26,024 bases of DNA from a virus (lineage: Duplodnaviria > Caudoviricetes), in IMG/VR virus record IMGVR_UViG_3300049730_000183, positions 1 to 26,024 of that record; one strand, 5' to 3'. The translations under genes and the position numbers were made by a program. This document shows positions 1 through 8,856 of the stretch, in pieces. Each line of letters starts with the position of its first letter. Positions within the stretch are counted from its first letter, which is position 1. The notes under the pieces are model-generated. The model ran no database searches, had not been told where the DNA came from, and saw only the letters and a list, made by a program, of their open reading frames with translations.

Positions 1-3000
1 GCAGGGTTTCCGCCACTCGCAGGGAATTTGCAGTGACTCAAATCGCAGCCCTGGGGCGCGTCGACGCCGGTCAAACTTCCTGACTCGACGAATTCGCATT
101 TGGTTTCTTCAGGCGGGAACTCACCAATCCATTTGTAGTAGTTCACGCCGTCGAAGAACGGGCGGAATGAGAGGTTCGAGAAATCGCAGACCTCGCTGTC
201 CTCTTGGGAGGCAGCAACGACGCGCTCGGTGCAGGCCGCATCCTTGAACGTGCGATAACCAAAAGCGCCCGTGAACCCGCCTGACAACAATGCCAGGAGG
301 TCGGGCGAGAGCGCGCAATCCGATCCATCGTCTGCGGGCGCAATCTCCCAATCGAGCTGGTCGCGCCACCCATAAAGTCGGCACGGCGGATCGTTCATGA
401 TCGCGTAGCCTGCGGTGACCGAGCCACCGATGTTCCCTGATCCTGGTGCCCACTCGGACCATTCCGGCGTTCCCTCGACGGTCCCGCCCTGGGTCGCCTG
501 GACGTTGTCGAACCAGTTCCCGCCGATCGCATCGCAATCTTCCTGGCCACCCGTGGGCGCGATCGGTTGCGTGTTGGAGGACGTTGAGAGTTTGTATCGG
601 CTTTTGATGGGCAACTCCAGGCGCGCGATGAACAGCAGGTTCACGGCGTTGGCCAGGAGGTTGTAAGCATCGGCGTAACAGATCGTGTTCGGCAGCAGAC
701 CAACCGATCCGACGCCACGGCTGTCCGCGCGCGCAGTGTCGGGCAGCATTGGGAACTCGCTGTAGCGCTCGTCCGATGCCTGGAACATCAACTGTTCAAA
801 CGAGAAATCCACGGCGTTGGAACCGGTGTCGTCGCAGGCGAACTGGCCGGTCATCACCCGATCGACGTAGCCTTCACACATCACCCGCAGGTAGGTCGCG
901 CAGTCAGTCATGAAGTCCACGTCGAGCATCTGGTCCGCAGGATCAATCTCCTCGTTGTTGTCTTCGCTCACTTCCTCCAAGAGGCGCACGAAATTGAAGC
1001 GCGGGAAATAACTGCCGTAAGGGTTGTCGGGAATCTCGGGCACGCTCAATCCACGGTTCAAAGCGTAGTCGCCCAGGAGCACCGGGAAATTGATCCCGCT
1101 GGAAAGGTGGTAGAGATAGGTGATGACGGCGTTCTCGTCGGTGCGATAGCTGTCGATCTCGTATTGCGAAATCGGTCCCTGGGTCCAGGTCGCAACGTCT
1201 GGATTCGTCGGATACCAATCGCCAGTACGATTCGCCAAACGTCCCGTTAACGTCACACGCACGCGCTGTTCGGTCCCGACGACAACGGCCTCAATTTTCT
1301 CAACCTCAGTCGGCGGCGGATAGATCTTGCAGGCACAATAATATTTGCGGCGCACCACATCGTCGGCGTGATTTGGTTTGAGACCCTTCGCGTAGGTGTG
1401 CCCAGGGGTTGCCTCGCTCCAGAGGGTGTTCGGCGTTTGGCCATATGCGAAATGCCAGTTGAGTTCAGACGACGCAGGAATGTCCTCGCTGTAAAGGTGG
1501 CAGCGGTTGTTCAGCCGAATCGAGATATCGTAGTTGTCCGGTTTCCACAGACTCGATTCGCTGGGATGATAAACGTTGGTCGAAAGCGTGAGCGTCCAGC
1601 GGTTCGTCTTTCCGCCCAGCGGTGGCGTGCGAACGATCAACTGGTTTTCCATCGCGACGCCAGGACCAGCGTATTCCTTCCCGTTGGCCCAGGTGGCCGT
1701 GAATTTCGCATCAACGGGATACGTGGCGCCTCCATAATCGATCGACCCACCAAAGGCTTTGTATTCGCGCCCGAAGACGAGTTGGCCACTGCCGATCGCG
1801 TTATCCAGTTCCGGCGCCATACCATCCCACACATCCATGTCCTGGGTCTGGAGCACGGTGTAGCGCGCGAATTCCAAGACCGATTTTCCCTCGGCGTTGA
1901 CGTGGTACGTCCGCAGGAGATTGCGACCGGCCAACCGGTAATTGCGGCGCAGCACCTTGCGCGCGGCCTCGTGCATCACGCTGCGCTGGATGTGATCGAC
2001 CACCGTCAACCCGCTGCCCGAGAGACAACCATCCGTGAAATATTTGTCGCTGACTCTTTTGGCGCGATCGAACCACTCGCCAAAATCATCGCCATCGTCG
2101 GGCGCGCGCCCTGTGCCCGACATGATCCGCAGCAGGAAGTAGGCGTCCTGGATCTGTGGGCGGTAAGCGACCAGCTCCGCGATCTCCACCTTGAGCGTGC
2201 CATCGGTGACGAGCGTGAGATCCGTAGCGAGACGCGCCGTGATAGTCCCGCCGAGATCCGGATTTGGAAACCAGTCCACGCGCGACCATGATTCTGGCGT
2301 GACCTCGCGCCGAGCAACCACCACGCCATCGCGCAGGAGTTCAACAGTGACCGGCGCCGCGATTCCGCTGCCGTTGATGATCCAACCCGCCATGATCATG
2401 TTGGAATTGATGACGTGCGGTGGACCGGTGAGCAGCGTGCCTGCGGGCGAGTTCGCGGTCAGTTCCCAGGATGGATAAACCACATCAACATCCTGGGTCG
2501 TGGAATTGTAGGTGCCGCGCGCTGGCGCCAGGAGATAAGGGCGGTCGAGGAATTGCTGGAAATCAAAGCCGATCTCCTGGATCTCGAACTCGCCATCGGC
2601 AGGCCGCTGGTAATCCGCGCCGCGAAAGGACTTCGACCATTCGTGGATCATCGCGTCCTGCTGGCGCCCATCGTCGCGCGCGAGGTAACCGCCGCTGGAA
2701 TATGGTCCCTCGATATAGACGCTTCGGGAAAGCACCTCGCAGACGAATGGATACCAGACGCCGTCGATGTCCTGGGTCCACATCAGCAGCAGGAACCAAT
2801 CGCGCGTCTTGCTGTAGCCAGCGAGAACCGTGTTGTCAGGGATCGGTCCAGAGGCAGGGCACCCGCCCGCAGGGATCAAAGGCGAACGCTCGGAACAGCA
2901 GCACTGGAATGTCCGCACTGGATGGGTTCCTGCGAACTGCGCCAGGGGCGTGAAGCGGATCGTAAACAGCGGATTGGGTCCAACCGACGAAGTGCTGTCC

Positions 3001-3620
3001 TGGCAATCCTGTCCTGGAACCGGATCGGGTTGCTGAAAGAACCCGCCATAGGTTTTGAGATAATAGGAACGCCCAGGATAACCGATGTTGTAGAGGCTGA
3101 TCGCCGCATCGATGGATGGCGCGCTGGCAAAACCGTTGTTGGGATCGTAACCGCCACGATGCACCTTGCCGTTCTGCCATGCATCAATGGGATCGAGGTC
3201 TGTCGCCAGCGGGTTGTAGCTGCCGACCGGATCATCGACACGCGTAACCTCGTCGAAGAGATCGGCCCAGCGTGCGCCAAAGACGAATGCGCCCAGAGGA
3301 TTGCTTAGCGAAACGCCTTCCTCCGCGCCTGGAGGAATATCGTCGGGCCAGATGACTGTGTCGTTCGACCACGGGATATGGCTGTAAACCTGAAGCCATT
3401 CGTCGACCGGTGGCCACAGGAGCGCGCCTTCAACTCCTGTTTCCTTCGGGTTGCGGATCTGGCTGACGAGGTTTGCTGTCCACAACGAAAAGCGCCATGT
3501 GAAGTCTCCGATTCCACTGAGGATTCGCGCGTTGAAGGCGGCTGCGAGTTTGTTGTGTTGGGTCGAGGTGATTGGATCGTCGACCGCGATCGTGGGCACC
3601 CTGGGGAACTGAATCGCCAT
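1..3620 (-). CDS. Large putative virion/tail-tip protein, >=1206 aa, 3' end outside window
   Basis: ATG at 3620 lies 3 nt after the TGA of 3624..3827 and reads MAIQFPRVPTIAVDDPITSTQHNKLAAAFNARILSGIGDFTWR. I found no stop in this frame over 1-1380 and 3240-3620. The track lists no terminated ORF in this frame, consistent with an open frame to the edge. Function is inferred from context only. Confidence 0.85.
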   Translation of the reverse strand, partial: MAIQFPRVPTIAVDDPITSTQHNKLAAAFNARILSGIGDFTWRFSLWTANLVSQIRNPKETGVEGALLWPPVDEWLQVYSHIPWSNDTVIWPDDIPPGAEEGVSLSNPLGAFVFGARWADLFDEVTRVDDPVGSYNPLATDLDPIDAWQNGKVHRGGYDPNNGFASAPSIDAAISLYNIGYPGRSYYLKTYGGFFQQPDPVPGQDCQDSTSSVGPNPLFTIRFTPLAQFAGTHPVRTFQCCCSERSPLIPAGGCPASGPIPDNTVLAGYSKTRDWFLLLMWTQDIDGVWYPFVCEVLSRSVYIEGPYSSGGYLARDDGRQQDAMIHEWSKSFRGADYQRPADGEFEIQEIGFDFQQFLDRPYLLAPARGTYNSTTQDVDVVYPSWELTANSPAGTLLTGPPHVINSNMIMAGWIINGSGIAAPVTVELLRDGVVVARREVTPESWSRVDWFPNPDLGGTITARLATDLTLVTDGTLKVEIAELVAYRPQIQDAYFLLRIMSGTGRAPDDGDDFGEWFDRAKRVSDKYFTDGCLSGSGLTVVDHIQRSVMHEAARKVLRRNYRLAGRNLLRTYHVNAEGKSVLEFARYTVLQTQDMDVWDGMAPELDNAIGSGQLVFGREYKAFGGSIDYGGATYPVDAKFTATWANGKEYAGPGVAMENQLIVRTPPLGGKTNRWTLTLSTNVYHPSESSLWKPDNYDISIRLNNRCHLYSEDIPASSELNWHFAYGQTPNTLWSEATPGHTYAKGLKPNHADDVVRRKYYCACKIYPPPTEVEKIEAVVVGTEQRVRVTLTGRLANRTGDWYPTNPDVATWTQGPISQYEIDSYRTDENAVITYLYHLSSGINFPVLLGDYALNRGLSVPEIPDNPYGSYFPRFNFVRLLEEVSEDNNEEIDPADQMLDVDFMTDCATYLRVMCEGYVDRVMTGQFACDDTGSNAVDFSFEQLMFQASDERYSEFPMLPDTARADSRGVGSVGLLPNTICYADAYNLLANAVNLLFIARLELPIKSRYKLSTSSNTQPIAPTGGQEDCDAIGGNWFDNVQATQGGTVEGTPEWSEWAPGSGNIGGSVTAGYAIMNDPPCRLYGWRDQLDWEIAPADDGSDCALSPDLLALLSGGFTGAFGYRTFKDAACTERVVAASQEDSEVCDFSNLSFRPFFDGVNYYKWIGEFPPEETKCEFVESGSLTGVDAPQGCDLSHCKFPASGGNP

Positions 3621-3623
3621 CGT

Positions 3624-3827
3624 TCATGCCCATCGTGCGACGGTCGTCGATGGCGCAACACCACGTCGGCCAGCGGTGTATGCGCGGCGCATCGTTCCAC
3701 GACTGGTTACACTGGTGAGCGTGCCTGCGGATCGCTGTGGCTCCAGGCGTTCGACAGCTTTGATCAAACTGTTGATCCGCTGCGCCAGACCGCTTCTACC
3801 GGTGTAAGGACGAATCTGGATGGTCAT
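3624..3827 (-). CDS. Hypothetical phage protein (67 aa, basic)
   Basis: ATGA overlap with the upstream ORF; it fills the gap exactly before the large ORF. Confidence 0.7.
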   Translation of the reverse strand: MTIQIRPYTGRSGLAQRINSLIKAVERLEPQRSAGTLTSVTSRGTMRRAYTAGRRGVAPSTTVARWA

Positions 3828-4201
3828 TTGGCTGGTGCAGCTTGGTCGGGATATTCAGTGAGAAAGGTATCCTCTAAGGTTCCGCCGAGTTGATCATCGG
3901 TCGCCCAGATCGTCTTGATGAAGAGAAGGCGCGATGTATTCAGCGTGTTCGGATCGATCATGTATTGCGCCTCGGTGGAGATGATCGGCATGTCCTCGTC
4001 TTTATCGAAGCGGACGATTCGCCCGTAGAGAACATCATCGCCACCGGAACCTGATGGCAGCGGTTTGCCGTCGCGCAGGCGCCAGAATTCCTGGCTATTT
4101 TCAGCGACCAATTTCTGCGGCCAACCCTTTCGCCACGTGTTGGGCGGGCATCGTTGACCGGTCACATTGACGTAGATAGGTGCGGAGGATTCGTCTGGCA
4201 T
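3824..4201 (-). CDS. Hypothetical phage protein (125 aa)
   Basis: ATG 1 nt after the upstream stop, globular-like composition, coupled to the next gene. Confidence 0.75.
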   Translation of the reverse strand: MPDESSAPIYVNVTGQRCPPNTWRKGWPQKLVAENSQEFWRLRDGKPLPSGSGGDDVLYGRIVRFDKDEDMPIISTEAQYMIDPNTLNTSRLLFIKTIWATDDQLGGTLEDTFLTEYPDQAAPAK

Positions 4202-4202
4202 A

Positions 4203-4439
4203 TCATTTTCCTATTTTGATTTTGCTGATGCGATTTGTGCCGTGGGTCTCTTCCTCTTCGCTGGCGTCTGCGCTTGCGCTCCCGCTGCCGATGTTCATCG
4301 CGCAGCCGCTCACGAGCAGCCACAGAATGAACAATCCCGCTGAGATATAGAACGCCCACCAGAATGTGCGTTCGCTCAGTCGTAGGGTGTTGCGGTGAAC
4401 GTGCAACTGCCCTGGTGCTGGTTGTCGTTTGGAATCCAC
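4203..4439 (-). CDS. Small putative lipoprotein (possible spanin-like/lysis accessory); start uncertain
   Basis: Hydrophobic stretch FWWAFYISAGLFILWLL followed by a lipobox-like LVSG|C. The real start may lie near 4379 (CTGA overlap with the upstream stop). Confidence 0.55.
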   Translation of the reverse strand: MDSKRQPAPGQLHVHRNTLRLSERTFWWAFYISAGLFILWLLVSGCAMNIGSGSASADASEEEETHGTNRISKIKIGK

Positions 4440-4744
4440 AATGAAATTCCATCAGGATTGATTTTCACGGGTGGTGGCGTCGGCGGGCCTGGATCGTAGG
4501 CGCGCTGATATCGCGCGACTGCCCCTGTGGATGGCACTGCCTGGGTGTAGAGCAGATACCAGTTGCGCGCGCCATCTGTGTGGACGCCTGCAATCCACGT
4601 TGGCCAACCTTCCTCCGCACGCGATGTTGGCAAGGGCGCGGTTCCAGGACCAGGAGATGGAGGTGGAGGTTCAGGTGCTGGCATCGCGGCTTTCGGCACG
4701 AACAACACGACGCCTGGACCATCGACAGCAAGGGCATTGTGCAT
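4376..4744 (-). CDS. Hypothetical proline-rich protein (122 aa)
   Basis: ATG 2 nt after the membrane-protein stop; Pro-rich linkers flank a small domain (WPTWIAGVHTDGARNWYLLY). Confidence 0.6.
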   Translation of the reverse strand: MHNALAVDGPGVVLFVPKAAMPAPEPPPPSPGPGTAPLPTSRAEEGWPTWIAGVHTDGARNWYLLYTQAVPSTGAVARYQRAYDPGPPTPPPVKINPDGISLWIPNDNQHQGSCTFTATPYD

Positions 4745-4746
4745 AA

Positions 4747-4941
4747 TCAGATTTTGGGAACACGAACCGATTTCAATTCGTCGATCAGACCGAAAACATA
4801 CAAAAGCCAGAGGATCACCACGATCAGCGCGACGATGTTGATGATCCGCTTGATCTTCGCATCGATGAACTCCAACCCGTTGATCAGCCAGAGCACGAGG
4901 CCGACCAAAGCGAGAACGATGATCAGGGCAATGAGGCTCAT
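4747..4941 (-). CDS. Two-TM small membrane protein, Thivi_2564-like, holin candidate
   Basis: 64 aa, two hydrophobic helices separated by EFIDAKIKRIIN, basic C-terminus; located after the tailspike genes. Confidence 0.75.
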   Translation of the reverse strand: MSLIALIIVLALVGLVLWLINGLEFIDAKIKRIINIVALIVVILWLLYVFGLIDELKSVRVPKI

Positions 4942-4945
4942 GGTT

Positions 4946-5383
4946 TTATCCTAGAGGTGATGGCAAAACCGGACGTTCCGGTTCAAATGGCGCACTGGCC
5001 GGTTGTGGAGGTGGTGCTGGCGGATCGATCAGGGCCGCACGTTCTGCTGCAAGCTTGTCGTGCGCTGCTTCGGCCAATGCATCGAGAAACGCCTGTGCGC
5101 CAGGAAGGGCCAGCAATTCCTCGGTGGTGATCTTCACGACGCCAGCGGTGACCGTGCTGGACTGCACCAGTTCAGGGTCTATGTCCGTGATGACGGTCGT
5201 GTTGATCAGCACCTCGGTATCGATGAATGGTTGCGTCGCGTGAAACTGCATCGTCACGCGATCCACGTATTCGACCGGCGCAGATGCGCTTTCCTCCAGG
5301 GCGGTTGCCTTCGGCTGCGGTGCGGTATGAGTGAAGGCGAGAATCTTCGCCACCAGTTCGGCTATCGTCGTGCTCAGTGCCAT
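4946..5383 (-). CDS. Hypothetical protein, possible tail fibre/spike assembly factor
   Basis: 145 aa acidic ORF starting 3 nt after the tailspike stop; role inferred from position. Confidence 0.7.
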   Translation of the reverse strand: MALSTTIAELVAKILAFTHTAPQPKATALEESASAPVEYVDRVTMQFHATQPFIDTEVLINTTVITDIDPELVQSSTVTAGVVKITTEELLALPGAQAFLDALAEAAHDKLAAERAALIDPPAPPPQPASAPFEPERPVLPSPLG

Positions 5384-5386
5384 AGG

Positions 5387-8300
5387 TCAAACTGTGTTGT
5401 CGATGAAGAGCGCCCGTCCTACACCGCCTGGGCCACTGTTGTTTGGTCCTACCTTAACGACATGCATCACGCCATTATTCCTGGCCAGGATTCCGGTGAC
5501 GGTTGCGTCCGCTCCTGCATTTGTATTTGTCCCGACGACCTGAAAGTTCTGAAAACCGCCCAGGGAGAAATCAACGGTCTGCGTATTGGATGCACAAAAG
5601 ATGCACCAGCCAGCAGATCCGGTGGTTGCATTAAGGATTCCACGATCTCTCCACGCTGGCGTGGCGTGTGCCACATTGCAGGCAGAAATTCGCACTGATC
5701 CTGCTCCAGAGGTCAGAACAAGACCCATTTCAGATGCGAACGTCGTGTTGGTGTTTTCAATGCGGAACCAACGATTGATCGCACCTGTAGCAGCGATTGA
5801 GTAAAGCAGAGGGTATGATGCGCTGGGCGATCCACCAGCGCCGATCGCAATGCAGTTATCCCAGTTGTTGGCGCCACCCGAGAACCTGGAGATCCCTGCG
5901 CCAACGCGCGACCAGATGACGTCCAGTGGATTCGTGCCGTCTCCAAAGGACACCGATTGCTTGTTGACTCGCGTCTGCGGGTTGGCGTCGGTCGCATTCT
6001 TCAGATCGAGCACCTGGAACGCCTGACTCCAGACGATGAACACGCCAGCAGAAGTGCGGAGGACGAGTTCAATCACACCTGCATTGCTCCGCAGATAGAG
6101 CCTGCCACGATCGGTCTGTGGCGTCGCTGGATTGGCAACGACACCGAATTCGATGAACCCGCCGTCCAGGAGATCTTCCTGAAAGGATGTAGCTTCGATG
6201 AACGTTCCGAAACCGCCACCCGAGGTATCGTTCCGTTTGAGGACGAGTTTGGCCACGCCACCCGAAGTGATGTTCCCACCACCATTTCGGTTGGTCACGA
6301 TGTTCCCGGTGATCACTGCCGTGGGCACGCTCTTGATCTGAATCCCGTAATATCCCTGGCTGCGCGCATAAATCAGATTGTCCGCCACGACCCAACCGGA
6401 ATTCCCAACCCCAGGCGCAGTGATGCCACTGTAGCCAGCATCGATGAGGTTACGGTTAACGACCCGACATCCAGCTACTGAACCCGCCGCGATCCCATCA
6501 GAAAACACGGTCCCGAAATCGTTGTCCTCGACGATGATGTTACCGTCCATGTTACTGGACGTCAGCCCATAGAGCGCATTGCGAACGCAGTTCCTCCGCA
6601 CCCAGATCTCGCCTGCGAAATCTCCCTGGATCGCGGTCATCACAATGCCGGTTCCCATGCGGCCAGGACTCGCGAGACCAGCCTCCAGCACCCACGCATT
6701 ATTTTCAGTGGTCAAAACAAGATCGCCACCCGCGTGCAAATAAGTGAAGGTGGTCGAATTGACGATCGAGTTGATGTAGCAATCGCCCTTCCGCAGCGAT
6801 CCATCGTGGGTGTTAACCACAGAAACGATCTGCCCGTTATTCAGTCCGTGTGGAGTCTCGGTAACGATGGTGACCGTGCCTCCTTGTGCGCTCGTGCGCT
6901 GGGTCGAAGCGATCTTGACCCGAATCCTGCTATTCTTGAAACACATCAGAACGAGGCCATAAGGATTGGCCGTCGTCGCCTCGTCCGTTCCAGGGCTATC
7001 GTAGGTAAATTGCGTGGGTAACGGAGTGCCCGTTACAATTTTCCATGCATCATTGATCAATGCAGGAGAGAGATATTCCGTCGGCGTGCCGCAAATCTGG
7101 ATGAGATCACCAGCCACAAGCCCGTGATTGCTGGCCGTGGTGATCGTCGCTACATCGGCGGTGCGCGATCGCTGCGTCGTTGCCAGGGTCGTCCATGCGG
7201 GTGCGAGATCGATCTGGTTGTTTTCAATGGTGACTCGACGCTGCCCTGTGAATTTCGGATCAGTTTCGTAACGCCAACCGAGCTGGACCTCGATGCCGGC
7301 GTTATACATGCCCCTGGAACTGCGAATCGTGTTCCCGCGCACGATCACATCGGAATCGGTCGCCACCCTGATCTGGTCGAACTCGGTTTCCTCAAAGACA
7401 TTGTTCTCGACCAATGATGCGTGGCACGCTTGATAGAGATCGATGGCACCGATCTCATTGGAGGAGTTCACCTGCCCGACCCTGAAGAAACAGCAATCCC
7501 TGACGGTCACCTTGATCGAGCCAGGATTGCCTGGAACAAGTGAACCTGCGATGATCCCGCCAGGATTCCGCCCTGGTTGGTAGGTGATATTGGAATTGTT
7601 GAACACGCATCGCTGGATGATCACCTCACACCATCGCTGGCTGCTTGCCGCCTGTTCGTTATAGCCAATGGCATAGGATGAACCCCAGTTCGGCGCGATC
7701 CCTGCGTGCGGCTGGCCATCGAGGAAGTAGCAGTCCTGGATGGTGCCGACCGAGTTGTTCAGTTTGCGAACGTAAATGCAGGTGTTGGAATAATAGCGGA
7801 AGGTGACGTTCTCGATCAGCCCGTTGAACCCTTCCTGGAAATCCAGACAATGCTGAATGAAATCATTCGTGGTGTTGGGCGCGCCCTGGAAATTGCCGTC
7901 GAAGATCCCGCCGCTGATGCGACCGGACCATTTGGCCGTCATCTTGAAGACGCATGTCTTGGAGCCATCGGGCACTTTCAGGATCGCATTCTTGTCGAGG
8001 CGAATGTCGATGTCCTTAGTCAGGCTGACCCCACCGACTTTGTATGTGCCAGGAGGGATCTCCAGGATCGCGCCCGCTGGCATCGCGGCAAAGCAGTTGG
8101 TGAATTTGGTCGAATCATCGTTCGTCCAGTTTCCTTTCGCGCCCCACTGCCGGATGTTGAAAACAAGCGCGTGCGCCGGTTTCCAACGCCTGCCCACTGC
8201 GTCGACGAGAACCGTGGCGCCATTGTCGGCAGAGGTTGAATCGAAACTGTCATAGAAGTATTGCCCGCCCGCGCCATCATTTGGATCTGTGTTCGCCGTG

Positions 8301-8851
8301 GTCAGAATCGACGTGAAGGGAACGATGATGAAAGAAGCGTCGAGTTGACGGATCTGTCCTGTGAACGCCAGAGCAACCTGTTGCGGCTCATAGATCTTCT
8401 GCCACCTCTGGCCCTTCGTATCGACGACCACGTCACCGGAACCATCGTCGGGTGTAGTGGTGTCTTCAGGATTGTAGCGGTAATGCTGCGGTAGATTGTC
8501 GGCGGGATCATCAGAACCAGCAGTCCAGGCTTGGGAACCTTCGACGGCAGTCTGTGTGTTCAACCGCAGATCTGCCACGGTTGCTGGTGCGAGAACGCCA
8601 GTGCCACCGGTCGTAAACGGATTCCACGTGGTGAGATCGCTGCCAAGCTGCCAGAGGCTACCACCACCTTCCTTTACGTAGACCAGCATCCCGACCTCGC
8701 GCCTGGGCGTCGCGATGCCATTGCGCTCCACGATTGTTTCAACGGTGCGCAGACCGCCCTTGCCGTAGAGCGCCTGATGCGATGCATAGGTGTCGACGGC
8801 ACTTAAAGGTGCGATGGAGGAACTGACGGGAACTGTTCCAGGGATGGCCAT
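5387..8851 (-). CDS. Tailspike/receptor-binding protein with pectate-lyase-like right-handed beta-helix (putative depolymerase)
   Basis: Classic beta-helix entry FNIRQWGAKGNWTNDDS...LEIPPGTY and many IENN/IxGN-type rungs. Tailspike N-terminal modules (DDGSGDVVVDTKGQRW; DNGATVLVDAVGRRW) and a fibre-like C-terminus. Confidence 0.88.
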   Translation of the reverse strand: MAIPGTVPVSSSIAPLSAVDTYASHQALYGKGGLRTVETIVERNGIATPRREVGMLVYVKEGGGSLWQLGSDLTTWNPFTTGGTGVLAPATVADLRLNTQTAVEGSQAWTAGSDDPADNLPQHYRYNPEDTTTPDDGSGDVVVDTKGQRWQKIYEPQQVALAFTGQIRQLDASFIIVPFTSILTTANTDPNDGAGGQYFYDSFDSTSADNGATVLVDAVGRRWKPAHALVFNIRQWGAKGNWTNDDSTKFTNCFAAMPAGAILEIPPGTYKVGGVSLTKDIDIRLDKNAILKVPDGSKTCVFKMTAKWSGRISGGIFDGNFQGAPNTTNDFIQHCLDFQEGFNGLIENVTFRYYSNTCIYVRKLNNSVGTIQDCYFLDGQPHAGIAPNWGSSYAIGYNEQAASSQRWCEVIIQRCVFNNSNITYQPGRNPGGIIAGSLVPGNPGSIKVTVRDCCFFRVGQVNSSNEIGAIDLYQACHASLVENNVFEETEFDQIRVATDSDVIVRGNTIRSSRGMYNAGIEVQLGWRYETDPKFTGQRRVTIENNQIDLAPAWTTLATTQRSRTADVATITTASNHGLVAGDLIQICGTPTEYLSPALINDAWKIVTGTPLPTQFTYDSPGTDEATTANPYGLVLMCFKNSRIRVKIASTQRTSAQGGTVTIVTETPHGLNNGQIVSVVNTHDGSLRKGDCYINSIVNSTTFTYLHAGGDLVLTTENNAWVLEAGLASPGRMGTGIVMTAIQGDFAGEIWVRRNCVRNALYGLTSSNMDGNIIVEDNDFGTVFSDGIAAGSVAGCRVVNRNLIDAGYSGITAPGVGNSGWVVADNLIYARSQGYYGIQIKSVPTAVITGNIVTNRNGGGNITSGGVAKLVLKRNDTSGGGFGTFIEATSFQEDLLDGGFIEFGVVANPATPQTDRGRLYLRSNAGVIELVLRTSAGVFIVWSQAFQVLDLKNATDANPQTRVNKQSVSFGDGTNPLDVIWSRVGAGISRFSGGANNWDNCIAIGAGGSPSASYPLLYSIAATGAINRWFRIENTNTTFASEMGLVLTSGAGSVRISACNVAHATPAWRDRGILNATTGSAGWCIFCASNTQTVDFSLGGFQNFQVVGTNTNAGADATVTGILARNNGVMHVVKVGPNNSGPGGVGRALFIDNTV

Positions 8852-8856
8852 AGGAA

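Noticed and set aside
1368-3308. Long plus-strand ORFs 1368..2291 (307 aa) and 2415..3308 (297 aa)
   Set aside because: They are codon-aligned antisense shadows of the large minus-strand ORF, Arg-rich and without motifs.
1-3620. Apparent gene desert suggesting stop-codon recoding or a pseudogene
   Set aside because: It is explained by one open frame running off the window edge; all other genes read normally in the standard code.
5387-8851. Diversity-generating retroelement target in the tailspike
   Set aside because: There is no reverse transcriptase and no near-identical template/variable repeat pair visible in the window.
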